Positions 51,743 through 64,000 of a DNA stretch of 64,000 bases are shown here, piece after piece. Location of the stretch: NCBI RefSeq assembly GCF_006345805.1, contig NC_043001.1, forward strand, positions 90,768,001 through 90,832,000, written 5' to 3'. The position numbers and the translations under genes are program-made. Below the pieces are notes generated by a model. That model was not told the origin of the DNA. It did no database searches and saw only the letters and a program-made list of their open reading frames with translations. Numbering within the stretch: the stretch's first letter is position 1; each line of letters starts with the position of its first letter. The stretch is from Octopus sinensis. Taxonomy: Eukaryota.

Positions 51743-52875
51743 CCCTTTCGTTACTAACTCAGCCGAAAAATTTTTTGGTTCATAATACCAACCCGTCCGA
51801 GAGAACCTATTGTTATTTAAATGTAAATTTGAACCCAAATCTCGTTGGTACATTCATTAAAACATGTGATTTCACTTCATAAATAGTGGGGTTATAGTAT
51901 CCGACATTGCTTGAAGTGATATCTCAACTCAGTGAATTTTGGGAGACTTTTTTCGGCATCGATCTTTTTCTTCAACTTTGAAAATGGATAGGAGTTTCAT
52001 GTTATCAAGCATTGATTCCGAATTTAAAGCTTTTTCAATGGAAAATAGGGAGATATCGATAAAAAGAATGAATGAGGTCAAAAGTATGTGGTGTACAATA
52101 ATTAATAGGAAATTTTATTTATCCGTTAACCGAAAGCAGCGATTCCGAAGAAACAAAGCGGCGATGGCAACAGCAAAGACGATTTTACATCGGAATGAAG
52201 TAAAAAAAACTTTTAAAATGTTTTTATTAGCAATTTTTCTGAAGAGATAGTTTATGCTTGTTTGGAGCGATCACTGTGGAAGCAAACTGTTTCGCAGATT
52301 GTAAACAAACACAAAGTTTTGAAAATTTGTGAAGCAAATACTGGGTACTGTTGTGGATTTAGTTTTCAGCATGGCCTAGGGAACGATGTGGTCTGGAATT
52401 TATCACTTCCATACCATAACCAGGGCTGTATATTATTTTTTGACCAATTTCTTTAGTTCGGTCAAACTTGTGGTGGATTCCAGTATTTCAGTTTATTCCA
52501 CCTTTATGGTACACCTGTTGTGCATTAAATTCAACTGATGATCTAGTGATGTGCACAATTCTTCTTTATCAAAATTTTGTTGCATACCCATTTGAATATT
52601 TGCTGATGATTCATTTTCTATGGTGATGTTTATACAAAATGTTAATATTTTTACCTTTTGCTCAATTTACCTGTAATTAAAGTCACTTTGAGACAAAAGT
52701 TATGCAATAGAATTGATTAAGAACCCTTTCTTTAATTATGTTCCAAATATCACATTAATATGTTAAGTAAAAAAGTTAGTTATTTAATGAAACAAGCCTA
52801 AATTCATGATTATTTTAGAATTTAATTGAAACTCATGAGGGGTGTATTTTCGTCAGAAATACAGTAACAAAAGGG
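51743..52875 (+). mobile_element. piggyBac-type non-autonomous element, copy C (intron 15), same orientation as A
   Basis: TTAA|CCCTTTCGTTAC...GTAACAAAAGGG|TTAA; the right ~550 bp is nearly identical to the right part of copy A. Confidence 0.92.
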
Positions 52876-52963
52876 TTAAATAGACATTTAAATCTGGTGT
52901 TAAATTGAGTGATAGGAGTTTCTGTTTTGTACATATTTTCTTTTGTTTCTTTAATTTTTATAG

Positions 52964-52980
52964 CATTGAAGCTCTCTTAA
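52964..52980 (+). CDS. PPP2R1A: PP2A-A exon 16, coding part (ALKLS-stop)
   Basis: Long T-rich tract + tatag acceptor; completes GCA TTG AAG CTC TCT TAA, giving a C-terminus of the expected length. The exon probably runs to the CAG|GTAAGC donor at 52998/52999. Confidence 0.85.
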
Positions 52981-53851
52981 AGAATTTTCACCATTCAGGT
53001 AAGCACATTTCACTTTTGATCTCTAGTTAAAAATTATTCAACTATTTGACAAAAATGCCATCAAAGAAGGGTGTTTTTATTTTTTGTTTGTTTTAAACTC
53101 TTAAAAACCACAACCTTATTAGTAAGCTTATAAGCATTGAACTAATTGAACTGATTGAACTGAATTTCGATGGTATTAAATTCAGCAAGTGAAATGAAAT
53201 AGGGTAAATAAAAAAAAGACAAATTTCAATGTCTTTTTCTGTACATAGATGAAAAGCTGAAACACTGGCAGTTCTCTTAATTAACAGCTTAAAGATTTGA
53301 TAGGTTGATTGGCTCATAACGAAAGATATCTTAACAGCAAGTACATAACTAATATATTGGAAATACATGATTACTGACCACAATACAGTTGTGCTAATAA
53401 ACCAGTTAAGATTTCATTATGCCAATTCATCTGTGGGTTGTTGCTTATAAAATAGCAGTGGATTTCCAAATGGTAACAATTTCAATATTTATTCAGAATC
53501 TGATTAAAAGAAAATTGATGTTAGTATCAGTTGTTTCATTTAGTAATTTCTTCTTTACTGTTCAATCCAAGCTTTATTTTAGTGAATGGATAAAATGAAC
53601 CTTCAAGTTGTCTTTATCTGAAATTAGCATGTAGATTTTACAAATTTGTGTATTTTCACATACAGAAGATTTATCATTTTTGCAGCTGAATCTTATTGCT
53701 AAGGAATAGAACTTTTTTTTTTTTCCTGTCCATTTTCTAAACTAGTTACGTTTTGAATTGATTATGTATCATCAATAGTCCATTATGACAATTAGGTTTT
53801 ATTTTTCATATTGTAGTCATAGCATTTTGTTCTCAACTGAGAATATCTTGG

Positions 53852-54052
53852 CTTCACATTTTGGCATAAGACCAACAGTTTTGGCAGAGGGCATAAGTCG
53901 ATTACATCGACAAGTATTCAACTGCTATTTATTTTGATCCTGAAAAGATGAAAGGCAAAGTCAACCTCAGAATTTGAACTCAGATCATAAAGACTGATGA
54001 CATGCTAAGCATTTTACTTGGAACAGTAATGATTCTGCCAGCTCACTGCCTT
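53852..54052 (-). mobile_element. Nin-domain SINE in the putative 3'UTR intron
   Basis: gaaaagatgaaaggcaaagtcaacctcagaatttgaactcag...gattctgccagctcactgcc. Confidence 0.8.
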
Positions 54053-54150
54053 AAACTTAGAATATATTAGAATACATGTTTTTTAGATTTATCTTCCTAC
54101 ATATTTGGAATTCTTTAATTTTGTTTACATTGATATACTTTCTTTTTCAG

Positions 54151-54578
54151 CTCCCCTTTTCCCAACCTGCAAGCCTCTTGACTGAAAGCTTCAACTTTGA
54201 CATCCAGCAGCGTCCAGTCAGCGTGTACCTTAGCAGCAGCCACCGCCTCCTGCCAACACCAAATTACTATTACTTCTAACCAATCCTGGTTTTTTTTTTT
54301 TTCCTTTTGTTTTTTTCCCCTCTCTTGCTGATCACTTCCAGACCATTCTCTAAGGTAGCTGCCTGTGGCAAACCCCTATACAATCTCTTTGACTTTTGTT
54401 TCAGTTGGCGTCCACAAGCACTACAATTCAACTCCTGAGACTTGTATCACTTTCTCTCAAACCATTATTCATTCACTTACCTTTCTACTATCCTTAACTT
54501 TTAACACTTACCATTCTATCTATAGATCATTAAAAACAAAAACACACACACACAAGCACTCAGAGATTATATATATAT

Positions 54579-54627
<49 letters not shown>

Positions 54628-55385
54628 CATTCTAAATTAGATTTTTTTTTCTTAAACGTGAGAGGAGTTAAGGTCCATAACAATTGACATTTATATGAGT
54701 GAAAAATTTTTATTTCATTAGATTTCCTTTCCAATATTCTATTATAGATAAACATATGAACTACTGTTTGACTCACCCCTCCTCTTTTTTTTTTCTATTC
54801 CTTTCTTCCCAATAGCTCTTTGCAGTTCCTATTTGTTTCCTTCCTCTCCTTCTTGTGTCTTGGTGCAGACAGATTTTAATCAACAGCTGAGGCATTACTA
54901 GTATTAAACACCTTGAAATAAACTGAATGTTGAAAAATTAGCTGATCTAGTAATGCCTATTTTTATTTATTTTTTAAATCTCTCTACAGAATTTTGTTAT
55001 TTAATTTGTAGAAAAATATAAAGTATTTTTTTTCCAATTTTTTTGAAGTCTTTTTTTTATTTTTCAATGAAAGCAAATACGCTGAATGAAATAGCTAATA
55101 TATTGAACATTTTAAAAAATTAATTTAAAAAATGTCCTTTTTTTATTTGAGATGTAAAGTAAGATTTAAAACCAATTTGTATATGTGGGGCAGATAACAC
55201 CCATTGACTTCATCTGCTCTTGTAGCCAGTTATTGGACAGTCTATTAAAATAAACTCTCATTCTTCTATATTGGGCTTCACTTGTTTCTCCTCAACTGCC
55301 ATACAATTTCTATTTTTAGTGTAACAACAAAGTTGATGTTACGCTAAAAACATTGTTAAATAAAACAAATTTGAATTATTGCTTT
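54151..55385 (+). other. Probable terminal non-coding exon / 3'UTR of PP2A-A
   Basis: Strong acceptor ctttctttttcag at 54150; AATAAA at 54917, 55249 and 55359, the last followed by a U/GU-rich tract. The 3' end is estimated. Confidence 0.6.
54567..54622. repeat. (TA)n microsatellite in the 3'UTR
   Basis: Directly visible; a second (TG)(TA)n tract lies at ~55409-55452. Confidence 0.95.
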
Positions 55386-55402
55386 TACAGGTAACTAAAT
55401 TT

Positions 55403-55453
<51 letters not shown>

Positions 55454-56754
55454 TTTGCCTTTCATGGAGAATATACTCATAAATTATGAAACTCTTCATT
55501 TTACTTCCTCCCCAGCTCTGTCTTCCCTCTCCCCTTGGTTTTTATAGTTGTGTATTCTTCCTGTTACCAATCATTGTATGGTGTTATCTGGGTACGTTTC
55601 ATGATCAGCACTAGGATTGTCTCTCTCGTCCACCATCACTCCCAACACAGCGACTGCTCTCCATTTTGTAGGAAAAGGTTTAAAGTTGTAACTTAGTACT
55701 GCTAGACATAATGGTTGTCTCTGGATGTTTTTATTGCCACCTACTTTACCACTGTGTGCATTTTGTCATAGCCCCAGAGGTTGTCTTATTACAAAACAAG
55801 TAAGGTAGCTGTTGTGTGAATGAAAAGCATCTTTTGTGAAGGAATAATGGCTCTTATTTACAATTTGTTTCAGTTTGTAAATGAGTTAAATGAGAGGGTA
55901 CAATACATAGAAAACGGGTTTCTGCATGCCTTGAAATACTGGCAAGATTGTTTTTAGGTTGGCATTTCATCTGATCAGATAAAAAAATTTGAGTCATTGT
56001 TTGTATTCTCAATATTGAATGTTGAAGTGAACTAGTTTAAATTTGAAGAACATGATTGTTATGGTAAGTAAACTCATAGCCATTATTAGGTAAACTTAAA
56101 TCTTTTGTATATGGCTAGTTTTATTTGATTCTAATACTAACTGCTGATTGTATTTAAATTTTTGCTCATGTTAGCATTTGTCCGTTTTTAGTGATTAACT
56201 AGTATTATGATATCCAACTAAAGGCACCCCCATACATTACAGGAGTGTTGCATTCCAGAGAATGTTCAATTTTTTATTGTGTAACCTATTTTCCATTGTG
56301 TTCTATATAATATGTAAGTCAGATGGGGAGGTATGTTTAACATTACAGCAAGATTATTGAAAACATAATGCCTGCACACTTTCTGTTTTTTTTTAATCCA
56401 ACAGTTGCTGTAGTAATTCATTTAAAAAAAATAGCTATATTAGATGAAATGAACCTAATGGGACAAAATCTCAGCAGCTAGTTCAGGAAAGCCTATGTTA
56501 ATTCTTCATTGTCCTTATTGTATGTAGCATGCAGCCTATGTTAAACATCGTGTAACATAAACCTACATCTATGTCACTTACAACAGCTTGGCTCTCTCCT
56601 TGAAAATCAGTTCCAAATCTCCTCTCCAGCATATTATGACCCTATTAGCTTGATTTTACTATCTGGGTGCACTTTACATTTTCTTTCTTGTTGCATCCTA
56701 AGCACAAGTTTCAGCTATTTTATTCTGAATATCTTAATTTCCAAAGAGATTGGT

Positions 56755-57165
56755 TCAAGCATTGCTGTGTGGTTAAGAAGTTTGCTCTTCACAATCACAT
56801 GGTTCAGCTACACTGCTGAGCACCTTGGATAAATGTCTTCTACCTGTAGCCCTGAGCCAAATGAACAATGCTTTATGGGTGGAATTGATTGATGGAAACT
56901 GTATTGGAGGCTCGTGTGTGTACATTCTGTATCTGAATTTTTACATCCTGCAATGTATTGGTATGAAAGTGTTCAAGTGAAAAGTTATGATGTATTTGTA
57001 ATCTTTGTCACAGTTGCTTTGTGTTTCTGAAAACAAATAGAATAAAATTCCTTTTCTGGAAAAACAGTTATGTATTAGTGGCAGAAAGGACATCCAGCTG
57101 TAAAATAATGCCTCAATGTTAAACATCATTGCAACTATGCTAGCTTAGAAAAACGGATGTCAAAC
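56755..57165 (+). mobile_element. Decayed Meta-like SINE with RTE-type tail
   Basis: gctgtgtggttaagaagtttgc head; caccttggataaatgtcttctac core; aaggacatccagctgtaaaa tail. Confidence 0.65.
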
Positions 57166-57737
57166 AGTTTAATAATTTCTTGGATTGATCTTCATTGAAA
57201 ATCTTGTTTAACCAACCTCTATCACCAATTGTCCTTTAGCAGTTATGGAAGACATCAGCCAGCCTTGTCTCATTCTTTACCTATTTGTTCAGTCATTCAT
57301 GAGCACTGACATTCCAAAGAAATTCTCTTGTGATCTGTAAATACATTGATGTTTTTAGCTTTATTACATATTGGTCTTCCTAGGAATAAGACAATATTCC
57401 ACTGCTTCTCTATCAATGGGGTCTGGTTGATGTAAGCATGGTGAGTCTTTTTTTTTTTTCCTCTTTCTTCCTTAATGGATTTGTGCTTACGGTAACCAGT
57501 GATGCACACCAGTGAGAATATAATTCAGGCATGATCTATTTAGGCTGAACTGGGAAATGCCTTACTAACACACTTGACATCTTTATTCATAGAATTTGCC
57601 ACTTAACATTCTTTAGGTGCTAGTAATGTTACTCCTAAATCTTTACAACTTCCATGATGTTAAAATTGACTCTTTTGAATATATTTATAGTGTTAAAACA
57701 TAAAATGGTATATTCCATTCAGTGATGTAGTCTAGAT

Positions 57738-57995
57738 CAGTGCTACTCAAAGTGGTGGCCCACATGCCATCAACTGCCGGTATGCTGTGAGTTTCTAGAA
57801 AAGAAAGAGATATAAAATGCTTTTGTAATATTGTTTTGTCACAAAATAAATATAAGATATAAATTGTCAACTTTTATATTTATTATATATATTGTTTCTG
57901 GTATGAATTAATATTATTAAGAAATATTACTGGTCTCTGGTACATTGGAAAACAAAACTGCCAGTAAACCACATCAGATAGTTTAAGAAGCACTG
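57738..57995. mobile_element. hAT (Charlie/MER5-like) MITE
   Basis: TIRs cagtgctactcaaagt / agtttaagaagcactg; 8-bp TSD gtctagat / gtttagat fits the NTCTAGAN Charlie target preference. Confidence 0.8.
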
Positions 57996-59221
57996 GTTTA
58001 GATCTAGTTGATACGTTAACTTCTTTCTGTTTATCTCTGTCTCAACCTTGTCAATGGCTGCAATGCTCTCTTTGCAGATTATTTAGTATTACCTTTCAGT
58101 TATTTGCCAAGTCCCTTTGAAAGTTTGAAAAACTTTAGGAATGATTTTATCTCAACTTCAGTAGTAAAGGGCTGAGATAATGTTGAAGATGTTATTAGCT
58201 TTAATTAAAACTTGGTATTTGACAACTAGACTCTTAATTGTTCTAATGGCTACTTAGGCTGCAGATGTTTAAGTGGACATGAATCACTGGCAAATTCAAC
58301 ACCTATTCAGAAATGGGCTCACTGTAATTTGAATTTTTTTTTAACTGTCTTGTAAAATATTGATATGCAATGAGGAGGAAGTTATGTTGACAGATCTAAA
58401 AAAGCTTCTTTGTCTCTGTATAATGAGCACTTAGCTTTTTTTAATTTTTTGTGCGTGCATTCATCCATTAGTTTTGTGCTTACTGTAACAACCATAGTGG
58501 TCATGCATTCAGCACTTTCTCAAATGTATTTTTCAGCTCTCAAAATTTTGTTTTTTGGAATATACAATTTGCTCATATTAAAGACCTTTTTTGTTCTGTT
58601 GCTCATAGTTTCTCAGATTATAACAAGATAATGCCACTACCAACATCTCTGCTCTGTAGTAATTGAGAATGTTATGTGGAGAATCTGTTGTAATTGTCTG
58701 TACCTATCTTTCATGTATTGTTCGTCTTCATTTGTAGAGGCATAGCACAGCGAGTTTAGTATTTTAAGATACTTTGCCCTTTGAACACAATCTGATATCT
58801 TTTTTTAGGCAGGCATGTACATTGTTAGATAACAGCAAATAATAATGGTGATAATAGTTAATTTTGTAGTTAAATAAAAGTGCTTTATACACTATTCAGT
58901 TAAAAGTTATACACGTGTTTTTAATGTAAACAGAATTATATTATACTAAGCAAGGTTTTGTTCTCTTGGCGTTTTTGAGGAAATTTATTACCAGTTGATA
59001 AAAGGCCGAGATGTCAAGAAAAGCCAAATGAAATCTTGGTCTGAATATTATAATCATGTTTACCTTACATTTTAATAAAAATGTGTTAACCTAATCCATT
59101 TGGGTTTCTCTATTTAATGCTAAGTGTCTCTAAAAAAAATGTAATTGTGATAATTTGGCCTAATTTGTCAAACAATTGTGTAAACAGAAAATTATATCTA
59201 ATGTTAGTGAATTAGACAAAG

Positions 59222-59448
59222 TAAGCACCATCCGATCATGGCCGTTGCCAGCCTCGTCTGGCCTCCGTGCCAGTGGCACATAAAAAGCACTCACTACACT
59301 CACGGAGTGGTTGGTGTTAGGAAGGGCATCCAGCTGTAGAAACACTGCCAGATCAGACTGGGCCGGTGCAGCCTTCTGGCTTCCCAGGCCCCAATTGAAC
59401 CGTCCAACCCATGCTAGCATGGAAAGCGGATGTTAAACGATGATGATG
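59222..59448 (+). mobile_element. Well-preserved RTE 3'UTR/tail copy
   Basis: gtgccagtggcacataaaaagcac...gtggttggtgttaggaagggcatccagctgtagaaac...gcatggaaagcggatgttaaacgatgatgatga; homologous to the 3' part of the RTE at the window end. Confidence 0.8.
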
Positions 59449-60139
59449 AAAATATACTGTCTACTGCATGTTTTGTATTTATAAAATTTAATTTAGGCAA
59501 AATTGCTGTTATAAATAAATCCTTTTTAACTGGAGGATGGGTAACTTTGTATATATATGCGGCTGTGTGGTTAAATCCACTTAGTAACAATGTGGTTTTG
59601 AATTTAGTCTCACTGCACAGCACTTTAGACAAGTGTCCTCTATGGCCTCAGACCAACAAATACTTTGAGTGAATTTAGTTGATAAAAACAAATCTTTTGT
59701 AAAATGAAATAAGCATATGTGAGTTGGCTTACACTGTACTTCTCTAAAAAAAATTGTTCAGCTATGGATGATGTTTATTAGCATTTCTTGGTCAATAAAT
59801 TTGGCAGATCTACTATTTAGAAGGCAAGTGGAATAAATTTTTGAAAAACAAATAACGATTAATGACAAGTCCAGCTCCTCAGCTTACTAGCCCTGGTCTA
59901 TCCGTCCAACCCATGCCAGCATGGACAATGGACATTAAATGATGATGATGACATCCTGCTGATAACAAAAAATACCAAAACAATGCCTTAACAGTTATTG
60001 ATCTTAATTCAGTCTGACAGAAATTGATGCAAAACAAGCAAACAAAATATATTTGGCACAGAAATAACTTCACATTGAATTCATGAGAGGGAGTGATGCC
60101 AAAATATTGATTTGTTTTATCTTTATTAAACTCTTAATG

Positions 60140-60476
60140 TTTTTTTTCCTGGTTTCAGCCTTTGGACTGCAACCATTCTGGGGCATTACTCAAAGGAGTT
60201 TTAGTCAGATATTTTTAAGCTTGGTGCTTACTCTATCAGTTCTCTTTTTGCTGAACTACAAAGTTATGGTAGACAAACCAACACCAACTGTCAAGCAGTG
60301 GTGGGCAATATATGCACACGATGGGCTTTCAATTTCCATCAACCAGATTTGCTCATCAGACTTTGGTTGCCCCAAGCCTATAGTAGAAAAACTTGCCCAA
60401 GGTGACATGCAGTTGGACTAAATCCCAGCTAGACCATGTGGTTGAGAAGTAAGACTGACCTTGTCACACAGCCATG
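60140..60476 (-). mobile_element. Meta-like SINE
   Basis: cccaagcctatagtagaaaaacttgcccaaggtg...accatgtggttg...cacacagccatg is the reverse complement of the family head and core. Confidence 0.7.
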
Positions 60477-60744
60477 ACATCTTTTTTTTTCCTTCTTCCC
60501 TGTATAAATGAATACTCTACCCTTGAATAAATTTGGTTCCTCCAGTGATTTTAGGACGATTTTTCTCTGAAACTGTTATAAATGTATTGCTTTTACATTA
60601 TACAAAACTACTTCTGTTCAAATCTTCATTTTTGCGTTTAGATTCCTCTTTCGTGGGGGGAAACAACTTTTCAGTTTGGATAGTTGGGTTTTTGTTTTCT
60701 CCTGGTTTAGATACTAGCATATGAATCACTGGAACAGACTTAAG

Positions 60745-61180
60745 TATGATTGTGTGATTAAGAAATTTGCTTCCTATCCTCATGGTTTCTGGTTCAGTCC
60801 CAGTGTGTGGCACCTTAGGCAGATATCTTCTATAGTCTCAGGCTAATCAAAGCCTTGTTAGTAGATTTGGTAGATGGTGGGGGGAAAAGAAGCCCATTTT
60901 TTAATATATATATATATATACACACACACAGGTGTGTGTATATATATATACACACACACACGTGTGTGTATACTCGAGTATGCTTGTTTGTTTGTCTTGA
61001 CCTCACTTGATATTTCAAATGAACAATTTGCAAGTGGTATTCTTTTTTTCAATCTTCCATAGAAACCTGTCAAACCATGGGGGGAAAATATCTTGCTTGG
61101 AAATAGGATGGGCATCCATCTGTAGAAATCTGCCTCAGCAAGTTTCATCCAACTATGCCAGTATAGAAAATGAACATTAT
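60745..61180 (+). mobile_element. Meta-like SINE with RTE-type tail and expanded (TA)(CA)/(TG)(TA) centre
   Basis: ggttcagtcccagtgtgtggcaccttaggcagatatcttctatag...aaagccttgttagtagatttggtagatgg; tail gggcatccatctgtagaaatctgcctca. Confidence 0.8.
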
Positions 61181-61979
61181 AATGATTATTTCACTGAACT
61201 TTCAATTACAAATCACTCAGCTAGGGACAAACATTGACTATTTTCAGTCAGACTGAAATGGTAATCTGCCAACTAAAAGACAATACAATGGCTGTAGCAA
61301 ACTTTGATTTTTCTGGCTTTAAGTTTAATACCAAACAGGCTGTATGCTATTTAGAAACAATGAAGCAAGATAGTCAATATTTTCCCCTAAAATTCTGGCC
61401 TGATTGTGAATATTGTACATATACAACGTTGAAGTTACTTCATATATCTGTAGTTTGCTCATCTTTCATATACTTCTAGTATATTATAATTATTATTGTT
61501 ATTCATTTATCTATCTATTCTAGTATATTATAATTATTATTCATTAATTTATCTATGTACCCACACAGTATCATTTATTCCATGCCATATGTTGTAGTAA
61601 ACTTAAGAAACCCTATGTTCAATTCTCTCATCTATTTTATCACAAAGTTTTGCTTACTCCATGCTGTATGTTATAGTTATAAAGTTAAGAATGCAAATGT
61701 TCAATTCTGTTTCACTCTATAGCACTCATAATTATTATTGCTATTCATTTAGCTATCTATTCAGCAGTATTTTATAGCAAAGTTAAGAAATCCAATTGCT
61801 CTATACTGTTTACTCTTTCTCTAAATCTCAAATTCTCTCCATTTGTTTTATTTTGTTACATGCCATCTTATCCAAATGGTCCATTGTTTCCTTGACTAAC
61901 CCTAATTCTCAAAAATTTCACTGCGCTCTCTCTCCCTCTGTTTTGTTAATCACTTGTTTTCCCATGTTGATGGTTAATT

Positions 61980-64000
61980 AGTGGCTCGCTTTGTCTGTGG
62001 CTGTTCCACATCAGCTTTAGCTATGGAGGGCAGACATAGTGTTTTGCTATTCCCAGTGTGCCCACCCCTGCCACCTATACCGGAAGTCTTATGTCTTTCT
62101 CCTGAACACCTCTAATGGTTAACTATCCGGAATGCTTTTTCCCCTCCCTTCCCCTCCATCTCTATCTAGTGTCTATCTCCTTTTGGACATAGTGATTATG
62201 AGGCAAATGTAATGATGAAGTGTATGCAGGTTGAAGCCCATCTATATGTTTATGAGATCTGCCAAATATACATGCAAGCTTTCTTTTCGAATGCACAAAG
62301 CTGCTGTCCTCCATCCCATGGTCTTGCTGGCCCACACCCTCAGAGTTGGTACATTGAAATGGTAGGTCTGGTGAAATTGTTGAGATGCATGTAGATTTGT
62401 GCTGCATTCAAGAAGTAAGGTGGAGAGGAGGTTCTGCTAGGTTCCACAGAAGCAAAGAGCATAGATATAATCCTTGCTGAGAAATGGGTTGATAAGGTAA
62501 TTGAGGTAGTCATAGTCTCTGATAGAACACTTAAGCTTAGACTAGTGCTGCAACGTGGATTAGCAACCATTATCCCAGTCAGAGCTATCTGATGAACAGA
62601 AAGACTGATTTTTATGACACCCTCTTGCAGACTAACTCGTTGATGAATGACGGGCCTTCTCTTTGTGGCTGGTGACTTCAGTGGGCATGTTGGACAACAT
62701 CCATGGTGGCAATGGATTTGGTTCGCACAATGAGAAGGGGACCAGGCTGCTGGAGTTCTGTGATGCAAATGATCTTATGATCAGTAATGCTAACTTCAGG
62801 AAACCTGCCAATTGTCGGTTCATCTACGAGTCTGGTGGCTACACTAGCCAGATTAACTACGTTCTTGTCAGGAAACAAGAAAGATAGCTACTTCTAAATG
62901 CCAAAACCTTCCTAAGTGAAAAATGCACCCCACAACATAGGTTAGTAGTTAGCAACTTCAGAATTGGGGCTAAATGGGCGACCAGTGTGGAAAAGAAGGG
63001 TCTAGAAGCTTAAGGGTCCTCTGAATGGATTGAGATTTAGAGATGTATTGAGGTATTTGATGAAAAAGAGGAGGATGTAGCATCACAATGTGGTATAGTA
63101 GATGCACAGGTGCAATAAACACCGAACATGGACAGAAAACAGATTCCATCACATGTTGGGGGGTGGGGGCTAGAAGTAGTTAATAGCTTCTGTTACCTAG
63201 ATGACCAAGTCAGTAGCAGGGGTGGATGTTCTGAGAGCATAGCTGCTAGAATAAGAATAGCCTGGGCAAAGTTCAGAGAGCTACCTCTGCTGGTAACAAA
63301 GGGCCTCTTGCTTAGACTGAAAGGTAGACTGTATGTTACTTGTGTGCAAATAGCCATGCTACATAGCAGTGAAACATGGACTGTAACTGTTGAGGACATG
63401 TAAAGGCTTGAAAGGAATGAAGCTAGTATGCTCCGCTGGGTGTGTAATATCCGTGTGTATATACGACAGTGTCAGTGCCCTGAGAGAAAAGTTGGACATA
63501 AGAAGCATTAGATGTGTGCAAGAAGGACAACTGCGTTGGTATGGTCATGTGATGCATATGGATGACAGCTGTGTTAACAAGTGTCACACTCTAGCAGTAG
63601 AGGGAACCTGTGGAAGACAAGAGGTGAGGTGGTGAAGCATGCCCTTTGAACATTGGGCCTCATGAAGGCAATGACAAGTGACTGAGACTTTTGGAGATAT
63701 GCCGTGCTTGAGAAGACCCAGCAAGCCAAGTGAGATCGTAGTCATGGTTGATGCCAGTGTCACATAACTGGCCCATTTAAAAAAAAAGCACCCTTCAATT
63801 GTTGGGCAATATGCTGTGCTTGTGAAAACCTGTTGAACCAAGGGAAATCGTTGTCATGGCTGACTAGCACCCGTGCCGGTGGCACTTAAAAAGCACCATT
63901 TGAGTGTGCTCGATACCAGTGCTGCATGACTGGTTCCTGTGCCAGTGACACTCTCAGAGTGGTTGGTGTTAAGAAGGGCATCAAACTATAGAAACCTTGC
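61980..64000 (+). mobile_element. Decayed, internally deleted RTE-clade LINE (runs off the window end)
   Basis: APE endonuclease remnants (LRVGTL, GDFSGHVG, GFGSHNEKGTRLLEFCDANDLMISNANFRK, SQINYVLVR), then the post-RT region LEVVNSFCYL...ARIRIAWAKFREL...KGRLY...SETW and QLRWYGHVMHM, then the 3'UTR. The 5' boundary is approximate. Confidence 0.9.

Noticed and set aside
54890-54958. Box C/D snoRNA
   Set aside because: Terminal stem and D-box CTGA are present, but there is no RTGATGA C-box after the 5' arm, and the site appears exonic.

Overview
AT-rich, repeat-dense animal genomic DNA. The repeat families (Nin-domain and Meta-domain tRNA-derived SINEs, RTE tails, TTAA-specific MITEs) look like those of octopus or another coleoid cephalopod; this is recognition from memory, not a search result. 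The window holds one complete protein-coding gene on the + strand: the PP2A scaffold (A, 65 kDa, HEAT-repeat) subunit, orthologous to PPP2R1A/B. I reconstructed 16 coding exons by hand (13627..52980, 1773 nt, 590 aa, all GT-AG), plus a probable 3'UTR intron and terminal exon. The rest is SINEs, decayed LINEs (RTE, CR1-like), a Penelope-like element with a hammerhead ribozyme, mariner, piggyBac, hAT and Merlin-like DNA elements, and microsatellites. Best leads: (1) an unexplained GC-rich, heavily base-paired ~240-nt element with HDV-ribozyme-like motifs at ~7.55-7.79 kb; (2) a Penelope pLTR carrying a tRNA-like Pol III module just upstream of its hammerhead; (3) three related piggyBac MITEs in alternating orientation bracketing exon 3 and exons 4-15 (dsRNA/circRNA architecture); (4) a 90-nt in-frame, stop-free intron in the B-subunit-binding region; (5) two codons where A-to-I editing would restore conserved residues. 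All were read by eye and need computational or experimental checks.
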